Below are positions 15,378-16,122 of a stretch of DNA of 16,122 nt, one piece after another. Position numbers and translations under genes: made by a program. The DNA comes from Armatimonadota bacterium. Its GTDB lineage: Bacteria > Armatimonadota > Fimbriimonadia > Fimbriimonadales > Fimbriimonadaceae. The DNA lies in assembly GCA_021413725.1 (NCBI GenBank), contig JAIOPU010000181.1, positions 1 to 16,122 of the forward strand, in the 5' to 3' direction. The notes below the pieces were generated by a model. It was given only the letters and a program-made list of their open reading frames with translations. It made no database searches and was not told the origin of the DNA. Position 1 is the first letter of the stretch. Each line of letters starts with the position of its first letter.

Positions 15378-15941
15378 ATGGCAACTCGACCCGAAGAGCA
15401 ACTGGCAAAGATGATCGCTGACCTTCCCGCAAAAACAGGAAAATCCCTCGATGACTGGCTGGAAATCCTGAAATCCCAAGGGCTCGATAAGCACAAGCAG
15501 ATTCGAGTATTCCTGCAAGAGCAGCATGGAGTCAGCTACGGTTACGCAAATCAAATCGCCCTGCGCGCAGTTCACGGCGGTACCGCCGATTGGAATGGGG
15601 ACCCAGCCGATGAGATTTATGCCGGTGCAAAAGAGGCCCTACGACCCATTCACGATACTCTCATGTCGGAGATTGAGAACTTCGGAGACGACGTTGACGT
15701 CGCTCCCAAAAAGGGTTATGTGAGCATTCGTCGGGCAAAGCAATTTGCCATGATCCAACCTTCCACCGCTACACGGGTTGATCTCGGAATCAATCTCAAG
15801 GGTATTGAACCGGTTGGTCGCCTCGAAGCATCCGGAAGTTGGAACGGCATGTTCACCCACCGCGTCCGATTAGGTGCCCTGTCAGAAGTAGACGCGGAAG
15901 TTTTTGGTTGGTTGCGCCAGGCTTATGAAATGGCTATTTGA
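15378..15941 (+). CDS. Conserved hypothetical protein. My tentative recognition is DUF4287/DUF5655-like.
   Basis: 187-aa ORF with an ATG start. It is soluble, and the N-terminal MATRPEEQLAKMIADLPAKTGKSLDDWLEIL resembles the DUF4287 opening as I remember it. No catalytic motif was identified. Confidence 0.45.
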   Translation: MATRPEEQLAKMIADLPAKTGKSLDDWLEILKSQGLDKHKQIRVFLQEQHGVSYGYANQIALRAVHGGTADWNGDPADEIYAGAKEALRPIHDTLMSEIENFGDDVDVAPKKGYVSIRRAKQFAMIQPSTATRVDLGINLKGIEPVGRLEASGSWNGMFTHRVRLGALSEVDAEVFGWLRQAYEMAI

Positions 15942-16122
15942 TAAACCACACAATGTACTTGCGCGGAACTGCATAGCGGAAGAACGAGCGGCACATCAGA
16001 GCATAACAGTGCGCAACTTCTTGAGGACTGGAGGGATCTTCGTAGTTCATTTTCTGCGCTAAACTCGCCGCCTCGCCCTCCTCTTTTGGTAATTGCCATA
16101 GGTCACAGGCCGCCTCTAACTC
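15934..16122 (-). CDS. Partial hypothetical ORF, C-terminal 62 aa only. It enters from the right window edge.
   Basis: Minus-strand frame open from 16122 down to TAG (cta at 15934-15936): ELEAACDLWQLPKEEGEAASLAQKMNYEDPSSPQEVAHCYALMCRSFFRYAVPRKYIVWFIK*. It overlaps the plus-strand gene end convergently by 8 nt. Translated by eye, with no homology recognised. Confidence 0.25.
   Translation of the reverse strand, partial: ELEAACDLWQLPKEEGEAASLAQKMNYEDPSSPQEVAHCYALMCRSFFRYAVPRKYIVWFIK

Overview
This is a 16.1-kb chromosomal window from a moderately GC-rich bacterium. Start codons are often TTG, 4-nt TTGA/ATGA stop-start overlaps recur, and Shine-Dalgarno sites are weak. Most of the window is housekeeping, and nothing in it looks like a mobile element or a CRISPR array. 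Left to right: dnaJ (minus strand, 3' end cut by the window), a CIRCE-like inverted repeat immediately upstream of dnaJ, initiator tRNA-fMet on the plus strand with its own sigma70-like promoter and a bidirectional terminator, then surE and pyrF on the minus strand. Next comes a minus-strand accessory cassette of a small membrane protein, a DinB/YfiT-like protein and a lipoprotein. It lies downstream of a 720-bp divergent intergenic region containing a ~170-bp array of 21/42-bp alternating palindromic repeats, which is the most unusual feature in the window. After that come a secreted HAF-repeat protein, rsmG translationally coupled to two orphan Dpp/Opp-type ABC permeases, a possible small zinc-ribbon ORF, a lipoprotein, nadD-rsfS, a TPR/membrane protein, clpP-clpX, a long flotillin (SPFH) protein with a triplicated N-terminal module, a DUF4287-like protein and a partial convergent ORF. 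Product calls rest on motifs I recognised by eye (HPD and CxxCxGxG of DnaJ, DxKxxDIP of PyrF, GPTGSGKT of ClpX, the EAA loop of ABC permeases, and so on). No database search was run.
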